Origin: a virus
Length of the DNA: 64,000 bases
Strand: one strand, 5' to 3'
Virus record (IMG/VR): IMGVR_UViG_3300028844_003294
Location: 1 to 64,000 of that record
Positions 38,543-48,777 of this stretch are shown here, piece by piece. The position numbers and the translations under genes are program-made. Under the pieces are notes generated by a model. The model had not been told where the DNA came from. It worked only from the letters and a program-made list of their open reading frames with translations, and did not search any database. Each line of letters opens with the position of its first letter. Positions within the stretch are counted from its first letter, which is position 1.

Positions 38543-41500
38543 TTAATATCCATTGCCTGATGAACCACCTGTGTTATCTGCTGAATTAGTAGACAACGTG
38601 TTGTTCAATGTAATTGTATTTCCTGTAGCATTTGTGGCTACACTTTGATCTAATACATAAGTTCCATGATAATGCATTATGCCATTTGGCATGTAAAATA
38701 CTTTACCAAAGAATTCATGTGTATGACTAGTTCCATCTCCTGCAAAATCAGCCGCTTCTTTTGTTGCATATAATGGATAATATCCATTGATAGCATATGG
38801 TCCTACTTGACTTGTAGCACCGTCATATGTTGTTAAAAGTCCTGTTGACGATTTGTCTGGTCTAATATTAGATTGTGTAAGTTTGTCTACAACATCGATA
38901 TCTAATATATTTGCAGTACTTATAAATAGTTCATCAGCATCTGATTTAACCTGGAATAAATCTCCAAATACACCACTAGCAGTTTTTGGTACTATAACAA
39001 TACTTCCTATTGCATTACCTACTTGCTGATGTATGTAACTACTTAATTCTGTAAAGTAGAATGTATCACCAAAGTCCCAATTTTCAATATTAAAATATCT
39101 ATTGACTGCGGCAATAACTTGTGTTCTTATTTCGTTGTCACTTAGACTTGTTCCTGGAAGCCTAACAACTTTAAATCTTGCTTGTAATTCTGGTTCTGCA
39201 TCGTCACCAAATAATAATTTAAATTTGCCACTTCTAAAAACTAGTTGATCACTTGCTGATTTTAAATCATTTAAATGCATAAACTCTGTTTCTAATTCTG
39301 ACGGAGTTGGTGGTGTAGGATAATCTGTACCTGGCACATTTAAATATGATTGCATTTTGTTGTAATATGTTGTTGTTAAAATAAACATTTCGTGTATATT
39401 ACTAATACTAGGATCTATTCTTACACTATTGTCTGCAATGTGAGTCCATTTAAATACAACTGGTTGTTGTCTTTTTGCATTTGTGTTTTGTGTAAAACTT
39501 CTTCCTTTTTTAGCAAAATGAGATGATGATTCATAATGAGACACTCTCTGTAAATTTGTACTACTTTTTGACATTTGATAAACTTTACCATCTGCTTTTG
39601 CATAAACTTTTTTGTTATGCAATTTACCAATAGTGTTATCAAATGATGTATTAGGGTTTCCAGAACCTTCTATGACTGATTTACTTTTAACCAAGTAGTA
39701 ATCATAATCGTTAGTAGAATGTACAGTACCTGTATTATTTTCTGCATCACCAATACTGTTTCCGGCAATTCTTGAATAGTCTGAACTAAAGTTTACGCCG
39801 CTTTCTTTTCTTAAATCTAGTATGCCTGCTTTAACAGGTCTTGTATATGAATAACCATCAAATTCTTCGTATTCTTCAAATAGTACTATATCATCGCGAC
39901 CTACAAAATCCGCAAATTGAATAGGATTGTTAGGTGCATCTCCACCTTCAGTGTTTGTAGGTGTTACTTTTACTTTTTTAGGATCAGTGAACCCATCTGG
40001 ATATGTAAAGTTTCCAATAGCACTATAAATGATTGGATTTTCTAACCTTGTTGTATCGGTTACATATCTAACTTCTATAGTATCACTTCTATTTTGTCTT
40101 GCAGTACTATCAACGCCATAGTGTTGTCTTTCATCTAATCTAATTTGTAGGTTACCTGATTGTGTTGTTACATTACTATCGAGTAAATATAATCCAAAAC
40201 CGTCGCCGGCGGCACCTGGTCCTAATGTTCTATTATTGTTAAAAGACGTACCTTCTTTATTATATGAATAAGCAATATTACCGTTATTGTCTAGGATGTT
40301 TACTCCAAATGTAGCATTTGTAAACGCCACATTCACAATTGGTAAACTATCAATTAAACCTGAGTTTTTTACTACAACAACATTTGCATCGTCTGTTGTG
40401 TTTGGACTTGTGCCTAATTGCAATGTGATTTCGTCTACAAATTCTCCACTTGATGCTGAACCTTCTTTCCATAGTCCAAAGTTAGATGTAATACTGATTT
40501 CTAAATCACTGTATTCTATGTTTCTAGAAATAAGAGGTATGTTATCAAACGTATCACCTGTACTTACAAGATACCACTTATCACCAATGTTATTATCGTT
40601 TGTATCTCTCCATTCAAACACTTCGCTAAAACTTGGTCTTACATTTAATGTTGTAAGTTCTACCGTATCATATAGTGCTAAACCTGTTGCACTATCTTGT
40701 ATTCTATTTGTGTTTACATTATAAAATCTAACTTCTTCTAGGCTTTCAAAAATAAATTGTGTTCCTCTGATTTCTATATTGTATCTATATGCTGTAGAAT
40801 CAATTGGTACATAAGTGAATTTTAAGATCCAACTTGCATCTGCTTGTCCGCCTGTTTCGTCTCCAGCATTTGCAATGTTAAACTCGACTTGATCAGATAA
40901 GTTATTATTTTCTATAATGTAATATCTATTGTCAGCAGGATCAAATCTCAATCCAAATGTTCTTTTACTTGCTAAAGCAGTTTGTAATTCAGTTTTTTCT
41001 AATGCAAACAATGTTTTTCTTAAAACAGTAATAATTTGATCTGATTTCCAACCATTTGGTATTTCTCTATCTAATGTGATAGGACCATCTACATTAGTTC
41101 CACTAGCAGTTCTAATTGCATTGTTTGTAATGCTTACTATCTTGGCCCATTTGTAATCACCTACGTTAGCAGGGTCATAAAATTTCATTACTGAGCCAGC
41201 CTGTATAATTTTAAATAAATTATTTGCTGTGTTTAAATCTATAGCATTATTAGTTGTATATGTTTCTGTTAGGAAACCTTTACTACCTGTATCTTTTTTA
41301 GGTAATGTATTCCATGCAATATTGAAAAGTTCTAAATTAAATGTATCTTTGTAAGATGCAGTATTTAAAAAAGAATCTCTAAAATCACTGTATATAAAAT
41401 CATTTAATTTTTGATTTTTAAGTATAGTTGGTATTTTTGTATTCACAAAATCCAACGGTGTATTTACATTGTCAAAATTAAAGTAATCAGATGAGTTTGA

Positions 41501-42970
41501 TTTCTCTGAATACAATGCACCATCTTCTGCGATCGAAGTTGTAGTTTGAAAGGTGCTTGTTGGATCTGTGATATCAATATATCTACTATGTCCAGCATGT
41601 GTTTTATTTGTTACTTTAAGTTTTGAAATATTAGTACTCTTTGCTAAAGGGAGTACTTGGTAATCTTGGGCACTTATCATTCTATCTTGTGAGTAGTATG
41701 ATTGTGGTGCTCTTTCTTTAATACCTGCTATAGTTTCTGCAGGCAAACTGTTGTTTACAGCATTTTCTAATCTTGTTGTAATTGTAAGTTCGTAGTTTTT
41801 ACCATCACCATTTACATAAGGTATAGATGTTGTTACAACACCAAAGTCATCTGGCTGTACACTAAATCTTTCGTTATCACTTGTTCTGTAATACACTCTA
41901 TAGTTTCCAACAGGAACATTAGCAAAGTTGCCATCTGCAAATTGCATGTTGATACCACCGGTTCCTAAGTTTTGTACAGCATAAAGTAATGGTGTTTGTT
42001 TTGCCTTCACATTGTACATTAGTGTTTGTCCAATTGTGTTAGGCACTTTTTCCCATTTTGCTAATACACTTCTATCTGAATCTATTTGTTGCAAGTAAAC
42101 ATCAGTTTCGTTGATGTTGTCAACGCCAATTGTTTGTTGTCTATTTTCTACTGGTTGTGCAAAATTAAATTCTTGGTTTGCTAATGTTCCTTGTTTGAAC
42201 ATCATAAAGAAACCAGTATTGTTACTGGATAATCCTAATCCATCGTTTCTGTGTACTATAGAAAAATCGTTTTTTGGGTCTGGGTGCTTTTCATAAAAGA
42301 ACCCTGCATCATCAAAATCTACGTTTACAAAGTCAAATGCTCTACTAACACCGTTTATGTCTCTTTTAAAGTTAAAAGTCAAAGGAGCATTTGTAGGAGT
42401 TTTTACATCGTACTTGTCGGTAGCAATGCCTCCAACTGTGCCTGATTTAACAGGCTTACTAAATCTATTCACGTTACCGAACGCACTATTTAATATAGTA
42501 ATAAATTGTTCATAACTGTCTGGGTTGTTTGCATCATCCCAACTTACTGTTCTATTGTTAAGAGGTGTACTAGAACTATCTGTTAGAGGTTCTGATGTTG
42601 CGACACTTACAATTTTTGCTAATCCACTAGCCGCAATGTTTCTTTTAGGATTATATCCTAACTGTCTTGCAAGTTTAAATACTGAATCTCGTCTTTCTGC
42701 TGTTTCTAAAAAGTTCTCTCTAGTATTGACATCCATTCTAAATGCAATACTTTGAGCAAGGTATGCCAGCAATTCTATAATTGCTATGAATTCTGAACTT
42801 TCTATGTAGTCGTTAAAGTTTTCAGGAAAATTAGTTTTGATGTATTCGACCATTGCTGTACGAATAGTATCAAAGTCATATGCTTGAAAGTCTACCTGAC
42901 TGTATGCTTGGTAGGCTACTTCCCAGTCTTCAGCCGCGAATAGATTATTTTGTCTGCTGTTTATTGCCAT
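38543..42970 (-). CDS. Baseplate wedge protein (T4 gp6-like)
   Basis: DF.AYDFDTIR...E.FLETAERRDSV.KLA..LGYNP, FADG.F..VP, QDRMISAQDY. Start MAINSRQ lies 1 nt after the gp25 stop. Confidence 0.85.
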   Translation of the reverse strand: MAINSRQNNLFAAEDWEVAYQAYSQVDFQAYDFDTIRTAMVEYIKTNFPENFNDYIESSEFIAIIELLAYLAQSIAFRMDVNTRENFLETAERRDSVFKLARQLGYNPKRNIAASGLAKIVSVATSEPLTDSSSTPLNNRTVSWDDANNPDSYEQFITILNSAFGNVNRFSKPVKSGTVGGIATDKYDVKTPTNAPLTFNFKRDINGVSRAFDFVNVDFDDAGFFYEKHPDPKNDFSIVHRNDGLGLSSNNTGFFMMFKQGTLANQEFNFAQPVENRQQTIGVDNINETDVYLQQIDSDRSVLAKWEKVPNTIGQTLMYNVKAKQTPLLYAVQNLGTGGINMQFADGNFANVPVGNYRVYYRTSDNERFSVQPDDFGVVTTSIPYVNGDGKNYELTITTRLENAVNNSLPAETIAGIKERAPQSYYSQDRMISAQDYQVLPLAKSTNISKLKVTNKTHAGHSRYIDITDPTSTFQTTTSIAEDGALYSEKSNSSDYFNFDNVNTPLDFVNTKIPTILKNQKLNDFIYSDFRDSFLNTASYKDTFNLELFNIAWNTLPKKDTGSKGFLTETYTTNNAIDLNTANNLFKIIQAGSVMKFYDPANVGDYKWAKIVSITNNAIRTASGTNVDGPITLDREIPNGWKSDQIITVLRKTLFALEKTELQTALASKRTFGLRFDPADNRYYIIENNNLSDQVEFNIANAGDETGGQADASWILKFTYVPIDSTAYRYNIEIRGTQFIFESLEEVRFYNVNTNRIQDSATGLALYDTVELTTLNVRPSFSEVFEWRDTNDNNIGDKWYLVSTGDTFDNIPLISRNIEYSDLEISITSNFGLWKEGSASSGEFVDEITLQLGTSPNTTDDANVVVVKNSGLIDSLPIVNVAFTNATFGVNILDNNGNIAYSYNKEGTSFNNNRTLGPGAAGDGFGLYLLDSNVTTQSGNLQIRLDERQHYGVDSTARQNRSDTIEVRYVTDTTRLENPIIYSAIGNFTYPDGFTDPKKVKVTPTNTEGGDAPNNPIQFADFVGRDDIVLFEEYEEFDGYSYTRPVKAGILDLRKESGVNFSSDYSRIAGNSIGDAENNTGTVHSTNDYDYYLVKSKSVIEGSGNPNTSFDNTIGKLHNKKVYAKADGKVYQMSKSSTNLQRVSHYESSSHFAKKGRSFTQNTNAKRQQPVVFKWTHIADNSVRIDPSISNIHEMFILTTTYYNKMQSYLNVPGTDYPTPPTPSELETEFMHLNDLKSASDQLVFRSGKFKLLFGDDAEPELQARFKVVRLPGTSLSDNEIRTQVIAAVNRYFNIENWDFGDTFYFTELSSYIHQQVGNAIGSIVIVPKTASGVFGDLFQVKSDADELFISTANILDIDVVDKLTQSNIRPDKSSTGLLTTYDGATSQVGPYAINGYYPLYATKEAADFAGDGTSHTHEFFGKVFYMPNGIMHYHGTYVLDQSVATNATGNTITLNNTLSTNSADNTGGSSGNGY

Positions 42971-42971
42971 C

Positions 42972-43343
42972 TTAAGTCTCTGTATTATTTCTTGCAAAAT
43001 CTAAATATAATACCTCTTCGTTAAGGAAAGGTAATATTTTAAGATTCACTACAATTTTAACAGTATGATCAAGTGCTTCAGTGAATATGTCCTGTAGTTC
43101 TACTCTAGGATCTTTCAATACTACTCTACGAACCTCATCTTCTACTTCCTGGATAAGGAACTTGTCCAGTGGGTTCATAAGTATGTCTTCAATTCTAGTG
43201 CCAAAGGAAGGTCTCATTACTCTCTCGCCTTTTTTAGCCTTGAGTTCATTGAGTAAGTCAGTTTTAATTAGTTCGCCATCCGTTAGTGTATACGGGGGTC
43301 TAATTCTTTCTTGCGTACTAAAGCCTCGATATATGTTTGCCAT
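42972..43343 (-). CDS. Baseplate wedge subunit (T4 gp25-like)
   Basis: KGERVMRPSFGT...DPRV motif; start MANIYRGF. Confidence 0.9.
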   Translation of the reverse strand: MANIYRGFSTQERIRPPYTLTDGELIKTDLLNELKAKKGERVMRPSFGTRIEDILMNPLDKFLIQEVEDEVRRVVLKDPRVELQDIFTEALDHTVKIVVNLKILPFLNEEVLYLDFARNNTET

Positions 43344-43348
43344 ATCAA

Positions 43349-43356
43349 TATTTATC
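43349..43356 (-). promoter_or_regulatory. Putative late promoter box GATAAATA
   Basis: Lies 5 nt upstream of the gp25 ATG; no RBS in between. Confidence 0.7.
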
Positions 43357-43397
43357 AAGAACCTTTAAAACATGTTTTAAATCAACCAAAAAAACGG

Positions 43398-43426
43398 TTG
43401 ACTTTATTTGTGTTATACTATATATT
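43398..43426 (+). promoter_or_regulatory. Sigma70-type (early) promoter
   Basis: TTGACT-17 nt-TATATT with an upstream A-tract. Confidence 0.65.
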
Positions 43427-43483
43427 ATATGGCGTGTGATGGAAATCACATTTAATTCATATTTTACACATTATAGGAAAAAA

Positions 43484-43759
43484 ATGCGTAACGTTATAGA
43501 ATATTTTGACAATATTTGCAAAAATGCCGAGAAGGCCAACAGAAAGTTAGCCGGCTCGGGTCAATCCACAGGTTATGGTAACCGTTTTCACAAAATGGTA
43601 TCTAAAAAGAAGAACCGTTTTGAGTCTGTAGGAATCTACGATTCCTTTACTAAAAAGTATGTTCTTTTTGAAATGGTCAACTTAGTTGGTCAAAAAGACA
43701 AGATACCACAAGAGTTTAAAGACATGGAGATGCTTATCAAGAATGCCTTCAGAAACTAA
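43484..43759 (+). CDS. Hypothetical protein (basic, 91 aa)
   Basis: Start moved to MRNVIEY after AGGA and the sigma70-type promoter. Confidence 0.65.
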   Translation: MRNVIEYFDNICKNAEKANRKLAGSGQSTGYGNRFHKMVSKKKNRFESVGIYDSFTKKYVLFEMVNLVGQKDKIPQEFKDMEMLIKNAFRN

Positions 43760-44372
43760 GAATATAATTTTTTTACATGGCACTGGGCAATCTGCTCTGA
43801 GTTATGAATATTTTAATTTGTTTCTACCTGAGCATAGTTCTCATTGTTTAGAGTATGATGTTCATGAAGACTTTGATGATATTGTAAATAGATTATACAA
43901 GTACTATGTAGACAACTTAGCAGGTGAACAAGTACACCTTGTATGCCATAGTTATGGTTGTCTACTAGGTATGTATCTTGCTAGTCGCATCGATGCAAAT
44001 GTAGAAAATTTTATTTCTTTAAGTGCTCCTTGGAAAGGTAGCAGAACTGCTAAGTGGTTAAACTTAGTATTTAGGCAAAGTAAACTGTTTCAAAACACAA
44101 GACCAGATAGTGACATAATTCAATCATTATCTAACTTAAACAATAATTTTAAGATAACTAATATTATTACCACAGGTTCATCTGGCGGTGGTAATGTATT
44201 AGCAGGATTTGGTCAAGAAAAAAATGATGGTTTACTAACGGTTCTAACACAAGAATCTTATCCTGATAATTTTAAAAATGTAACTGATATAAAATTTGCA
44301 TTAAGTCATAACGAAGTTTTACTAAGTTACGATGTAGTAAACATTTTAAAAGAAAAAATATTTAATGAGTAA
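43743..44372 (+). CDS. Alpha/beta hydrolase (lipase/esterase-like)
   Basis: IFLHG oxyanion motif, CHSYG nucleophile elbow, NDGLL, SHNEVL (Ser-Asp-His). Confidence 0.85.
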   Translation: MPSETKNIIFLHGTGQSALSYEYFNLFLPEHSSHCLEYDVHEDFDDIVNRLYKYYVDNLAGEQVHLVCHSYGCLLGMYLASRIDANVENFISLSAPWKGSRTAKWLNLVFRQSKLFQNTRPDSDIIQSLSNLNNNFKITNIITTGSSGGGNVLAGFGQEKNDGLLTVLTQESYPDNFKNVTDIKFALSHNEVLLSYDVVNILKEKIFNE

Positions 44373-44559
44373 GCAAAACGTAACTTTAAATAATACCCTA
44401 GAGGAAGAACTCAGAATAATTGTATGTGAGCAAAAGAAACAAATTGTTGAGCTTGAAACACTTGTTAAACTATTGCAACGTAATATCAAAGATCTCGAAG
44501 AGCAAAAATATAATGCTTATAAGAGATTAGCAGAAAAAACCACTACACTAATTGCTTAG
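44365..44559 (+). CDS. Small coiled-coil protein
   Basis: 64 aa with heptad pattern; overlaps the hydrolase stop. Confidence 0.65.
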   Translation: MSKQNVTLNNTLEEELRIIVCEQKKQIVELETLVKLLQRNIKDLEEQKYNAYKRLAEKTTTLIA

Positions 44560-46094
44560 TTGTCGTCTTTGGGACGATATTCCCAAGGTTCTCTAGTAGT
44601 AATCAGACGCAATAAACTTTTTATTGTGTCTCTAACACCATCCCTTTTACCTTGTGTAGGCATTGGATCGGTATTCTCATCTACCTCGTCTGGATTTTCT
44701 GGATATTCCCAAATAGGTTTTTCGATTGGTTGATCCAGGAATTGATTTACAACATGTGGTGTTGCAACTTTGCCTTTTTGTGCCTGTTCCGCAGTACCAC
44801 CATCATTTAAATGTACACTAGAACCAAGTACATTATTTCTACCACTTGCTTGTGAGTTTATAGTTGATCCAGATTTAATATCAACTCCACTAGAACCATA
44901 AACTTTAAGTTTACCATCTGATGTTGTTTCAATGTCACCGATTGCAGTTTGATGTATTTTTGTTTGAGATGTAAGATGAATTGCACCAGTACTATCTGTT
45001 TGTAATACAAAGTCTTTTTTGTTTAACCAGTTTGTTTGATTGCTTATGTTGAGACTAAAGTTTCCTTTTGGATTACCGTCAACGTCTAAAATTTGGTCTG
45101 CACTTTCATATTCTCCGGCTTGTACATATATTGAAGAATTTGCTTCTAAATTTAAATTTTTATCAGATCTAATATTCACATTGCCTTTTGCTCTCATATT
45201 AAAATCTCTTTCAGCATAGACATTTATATCTCCTGCATCTGACATCTCTATCCAAGCAGTTCCTTTTTTGTTTATAATATAAATGTCACCAGATGTATCA
45301 TCAAGTAATATTTGATGTCCTCCTCCAGTTCTAATTCTAACATTCTTGCTTTCACCTTCTATATCACCATCATCTAGAACAATGCTATGTCCTGGTTCTC
45401 TGTGAGTATTATCTTTTTTACTAGTTCTTTTATTTGCTACTTCTGGACCGGGAGTGAGTATTCCAAATACTTGACTTGGTGATTCGCGCCTTGCAGAAGA
45501 TACACTGATTCCTCTAACTGAATCATGTATTAAACCTTGTTCTAAAATTGCTTTTGTTACATAAGGGTTTATAGGTCTTTTTGCATTTATGCTATGACTA
45601 ACAGATTCTTCATTTCTGTTTTTTTCTGCAACCGGAACTTTTATGTCAGTACCGTATGCAGGACCGGCCGCATTACCCGGAACCATATGTTGTAGTTGAT
45701 CAGGATATAGACAACTTATTACAACTGGAAATTTTCTTTTACCATCGGCAAAACATACTAACACAAAGTTACCTGGATCAGGTGGTACCATCCACATACC
45801 ATATGTTTTTTGTGTATCATGAAAACCGTATACTTGTTCATCTTGTCCTATTTTTGCTGAGTGTGTGCTACCAGCAAACGGACTACTCCAATATGCATTG
45901 TAGTATCCGTTAGGATCATCTCTGTCTTTACTTAGCATTGGAATATAAACTGTAAGCCTACCACTATGTGTAGCATCTTTTGGCCTTACAATAATTTCAC
46001 CAATATACACACCAAAGTCCAAGTCAGCATGTCCACGCAACTTGTCTCTAAGTCCTTTATTGGTTACTCTAAATCTATCTGCCTTATAAGCCAT
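44556..46094 (-). CDS. Baseplate central spike (gp5/VgrG-like)
   Basis: OB-fold motif GRL.VYIP...YGMWMVPPD.G..VLV.F, then RT.GGHQILLDD and beta-helix repeats; no lysozyme domain seen. Confidence 0.8.
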   Translation of the reverse strand: MAYKADRFRVTNKGLRDKLRGHADLDFGVYIGEIIVRPKDATHSGRLTVYIPMLSKDRDDPNGYYNAYWSSPFAGSTHSAKIGQDEQVYGFHDTQKTYGMWMVPPDPGNFVLVCFADGKRKFPVVISCLYPDQLQHMVPGNAAGPAYGTDIKVPVAEKNRNEESVSHSINAKRPINPYVTKAILEQGLIHDSVRGISVSSARRESPSQVFGILTPGPEVANKRTSKKDNTHREPGHSIVLDDGDIEGESKNVRIRTGGGHQILLDDTSGDIYIINKKGTAWIEMSDAGDINVYAERDFNMRAKGNVNIRSDKNLNLEANSSIYVQAGEYESADQILDVDGNPKGNFSLNISNQTNWLNKKDFVLQTDSTGAIHLTSQTKIHQTAIGDIETTSDGKLKVYGSSGVDIKSGSTINSQASGRNNVLGSSVHLNDGGTAEQAQKGKVATPHVVNQFLDQPIEKPIWEYPENPDEVDENTDPMPTQGKRDGVRDTIKSLLRLITTREPWEYRPKDDN

Positions 46095-48481
46095 TAGTCA
46101 TCTACTCCGTCATATGAATTCTGTGTCATATCAAGTTTTGCTAAACTTAATGCTGTTTGTTTTTTAGCATTAGTTTCTATTTCAAACATACCACCACTAA
46201 AGTTTGCAGTTATACCGAATATTTGGTACACACCACTTAAAAAGAATGCTGTACCTTGTTGACTCATGTACCCGCTATTTTCGTCTTCATCATCAATATT
46301 AGGATCTCTAACACGTGGTGTTTGCATTGTGAATAAAAAGTAATTATCACTTCTATTGTATACTATGTACTGATCTGTGGAATTTTCTTCTTCCTCATTT
46401 GCTTTTTTGACTAACTTTGGTGACTTTGGTTCTACTTCTGGCGGCCCTAAATACCAAGGATCTCCTCTAACTTTTAATCCAAGGTCTACTAGTATACTTG
46501 CATCGTTTACGTTTTGATACATGTATCCAAACAATGTGCCTTTAGCACCTCCATCACTAGTATTTGAATTATTTACAATAACATTGTGGTCATATACCAT
46601 ACCTGGCAAAGGACCCACATCTGCTTCGTCGCCTTTGAGAGCATTTGCTAATGAGTTAGTGACTTGTTGATCTGTTAGTTCGCCAATGACAGTTGGGCTA
46701 CCACCTGCATCATGCATTAGTTCAGCACTATAAATGAACCCACTTGGTTCTGGTTTATATGTACCATCAAAATCATTTGTAGGTGTGGTATCTGCATTGT
46801 TATCAGAAGCCGCTGTTTGATAATAATCTGTAGGATTCTGTCCACCACTTTGTAAATAGTTTATAGTTTGTGCTAACCTATTTCTTTGTTCTTTGTCTTT
46901 TCTTAAATTATTTCTCTCTTCTTCTGTTAGATTCAATCTATCAGCAATTTTATCAAAGTACTGATCATCGTTTTTTAATTTTTTAGCAATTTGTGTAGGA
47001 TCTTCTACAGCCGCATCTGTTTTTGCTTGTCTTTCTTTTCCTTCATTATCTCCATCTGTTGAAGGACTACCAGGTGCATTTGGACTTGATGAAGCATCAC
47101 CTAGATAACCTCCACCTGGTGCGGCCAATAATACTTGACCTGCTTTATATGATATATCTGCACTAAGTATTTGATCATTAAGACCAGTATACAAATAATG
47201 ATATGCTTTTTTAATTAGTAATTCATTTACACGTTTTGTAACGTTTTCTTTAGACAGTTTAAATTCACTCTGCGATAAATTGTTGTCTTGATCAGCGGTC
47301 TTATATATTATAGGCTTGTATGTAACTCTTCGAGCATAAGCATTACGTCTTGCATCATAACCATTTTCTATATATTCCATATCAGCAGTCATTTTATACC
47401 AATATGTAAATGTTTGATTTAAATCTAAGCCATGCTCGTCAATAACAGGATTGTCTAATCCTCCTTTTTTCCTAGATGATTTATCTAAGAATGCTTCGTT
47501 CATTACTAGCATAGTTGATAATATTCTGTGAAAGTTTGTTCCTTCGGGTACTTGTATTCTATCTCTTCTCCAAAAGCCTCCGGTGGCTTCTATGCCACCA
47601 TCCAAACTTTCTGGTGAGTCTTCTAACATTTTTTCAAATTCTTCACGTGATTTTATGCCATACGATTCTGCATTCATCAACCTGTTTAATTGTTCAGCAT
47701 CTTTGTAGTTACTATATTTGATGCTGTCATCACCTAGCACTTCTTTAAGTTGACTTAAATCAAAAACAACTTCATCACTGACAAGTTCTTCTTTTTTATT
47801 ATTTTTTGTATAGTTTTCGATTGCTTCTGTTAAACTGTCAAAACATTCTGTTATGGTATCACCTGTAAATGATGTATCTGCTGGTAATGTATAATATTTG
47901 TCAGTCCATGCTTCGTCATCACCAATAGTTACAAAAAAGTCATATGTACTGCCGGCATCTGTAATAGAAACATCAACAGTGGCAATATGACATTCGTAAA
48001 TGTATGGACCTGCTATTTGTGTTTCTATTTCACCACCACCTTCTAAATCATCTAAATCTTCTGTATAACCTTTAAAATTTATTTCTAAAAATAAAGGTAC
48101 TGGTGCAAAAACACCTGCTTGAATTCCTAAATGTTTTTTAGCGGCCTGTATTTGGTCTAATAAATCTGCGGCACCAGGTTGTATTAGTGTAAACTGTGCC
48201 GATGTGGCAAAAGCACCACTGGCTCCTTTTTTAATATCAATTGATAAGTCATCAATTTGTACACCTGTTACACTAGTCTGTGCAATGATAACTGTATTTT
48301 GAGGTTCGGCTGATTTTGCTTTTCTGAGATATCCTCCCCCGTCTGATGTGAGGTCGGGAATCATATAAAGTTTTAATGTGTAAGTAGAATTTTGATAAGC
48401 ATCAAGAATATTACCTTGTACTTTGCCAATATATCTATCTTCTTTTTCTACTTTAGATTGATTAGGATTTTTATCTGTCAT
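46094..48481 (-). CDS. Probable baseplate hub protein (gp27-like)
   Basis: Lies between gp53 and gp5; C-terminal V.GDPWYL and SGVY.I....F..G.F motifs. Confidence 0.55.
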   Translation of the reverse strand: MTDKNPNQSKVEKEDRYIGKVQGNILDAYQNSTYTLKLYMIPDLTSDGGGYLRKAKSAEPQNTVIIAQTSVTGVQIDDLSIDIKKGASGAFATSAQFTLIQPGAADLLDQIQAAKKHLGIQAGVFAPVPLFLEINFKGYTEDLDDLEGGGEIETQIAGPYIYECHIATVDVSITDAGSTYDFFVTIGDDEAWTDKYYTLPADTSFTGDTITECFDSLTEAIENYTKNNKKEELVSDEVVFDLSQLKEVLGDDSIKYSNYKDAEQLNRLMNAESYGIKSREEFEKMLEDSPESLDGGIEATGGFWRRDRIQVPEGTNFHRILSTMLVMNEAFLDKSSRKKGGLDNPVIDEHGLDLNQTFTYWYKMTADMEYIENGYDARRNAYARRVTYKPIIYKTADQDNNLSQSEFKLSKENVTKRVNELLIKKAYHYLYTGLNDQILSADISYKAGQVLLAAPGGGYLGDASSSPNAPGSPSTDGDNEGKERQAKTDAAVEDPTQIAKKLKNDDQYFDKIADRLNLTEEERNNLRKDKEQRNRLAQTINYLQSGGQNPTDYYQTAASDNNADTTPTNDFDGTYKPEPSGFIYSAELMHDAGGSPTVIGELTDQQVTNSLANALKGDEADVGPLPGMVYDHNVIVNNSNTSDGGAKGTLFGYMYQNVNDASILVDLGLKVRGDPWYLGPPEVEPKSPKLVKKANEEEENSTDQYIVYNRSDNYFLFTMQTPRVRDPNIDDEDENSGYMSQQGTAFFLSGVYQIFGITANFSGGMFEIETNAKKQTALSLAKLDMTQNSYDGVDD

Positions 48482-48777
48482 TACAATACTCTATCAATAG
48501 TTTCTCTTGGAGGAATATAAATGTTTGTACCGGATGTAAAATCTGTCAAAGGGTCGATGATTACATCTGGGTTTCTTAGTGCAAAAACCCACCACAACTT
48601 TACAGTTCCATATAATTCATGTGCTAATAAATCCGGTCTATTTTCATATCGAGATTCTATTGCATAGAGTCGATCAGCAGTACTTTTTGGAATCTTAGGT
48701 AGATTATTCATCCCTAGATAGAACTTGTTTACGTCTGCTTTTTTCAAAAAACTGTGATTGTCATGAAAACTTGCCAT
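48481..48777 (-). CDS. Baseplate wedge protein (gp53/LysM-like)
   Basis: RPDLLAHELYG...LWWVFA.RN motif. Confidence 0.8.
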   Translation of the reverse strand: MASFHDNHSFLKKADVNKFYLGMNNLPKIPKSTADRLYAIESRYENRPDLLAHELYGTVKLWWVFALRNPDVIIDPLTDFTSGTNIYIPPRETIDRVL

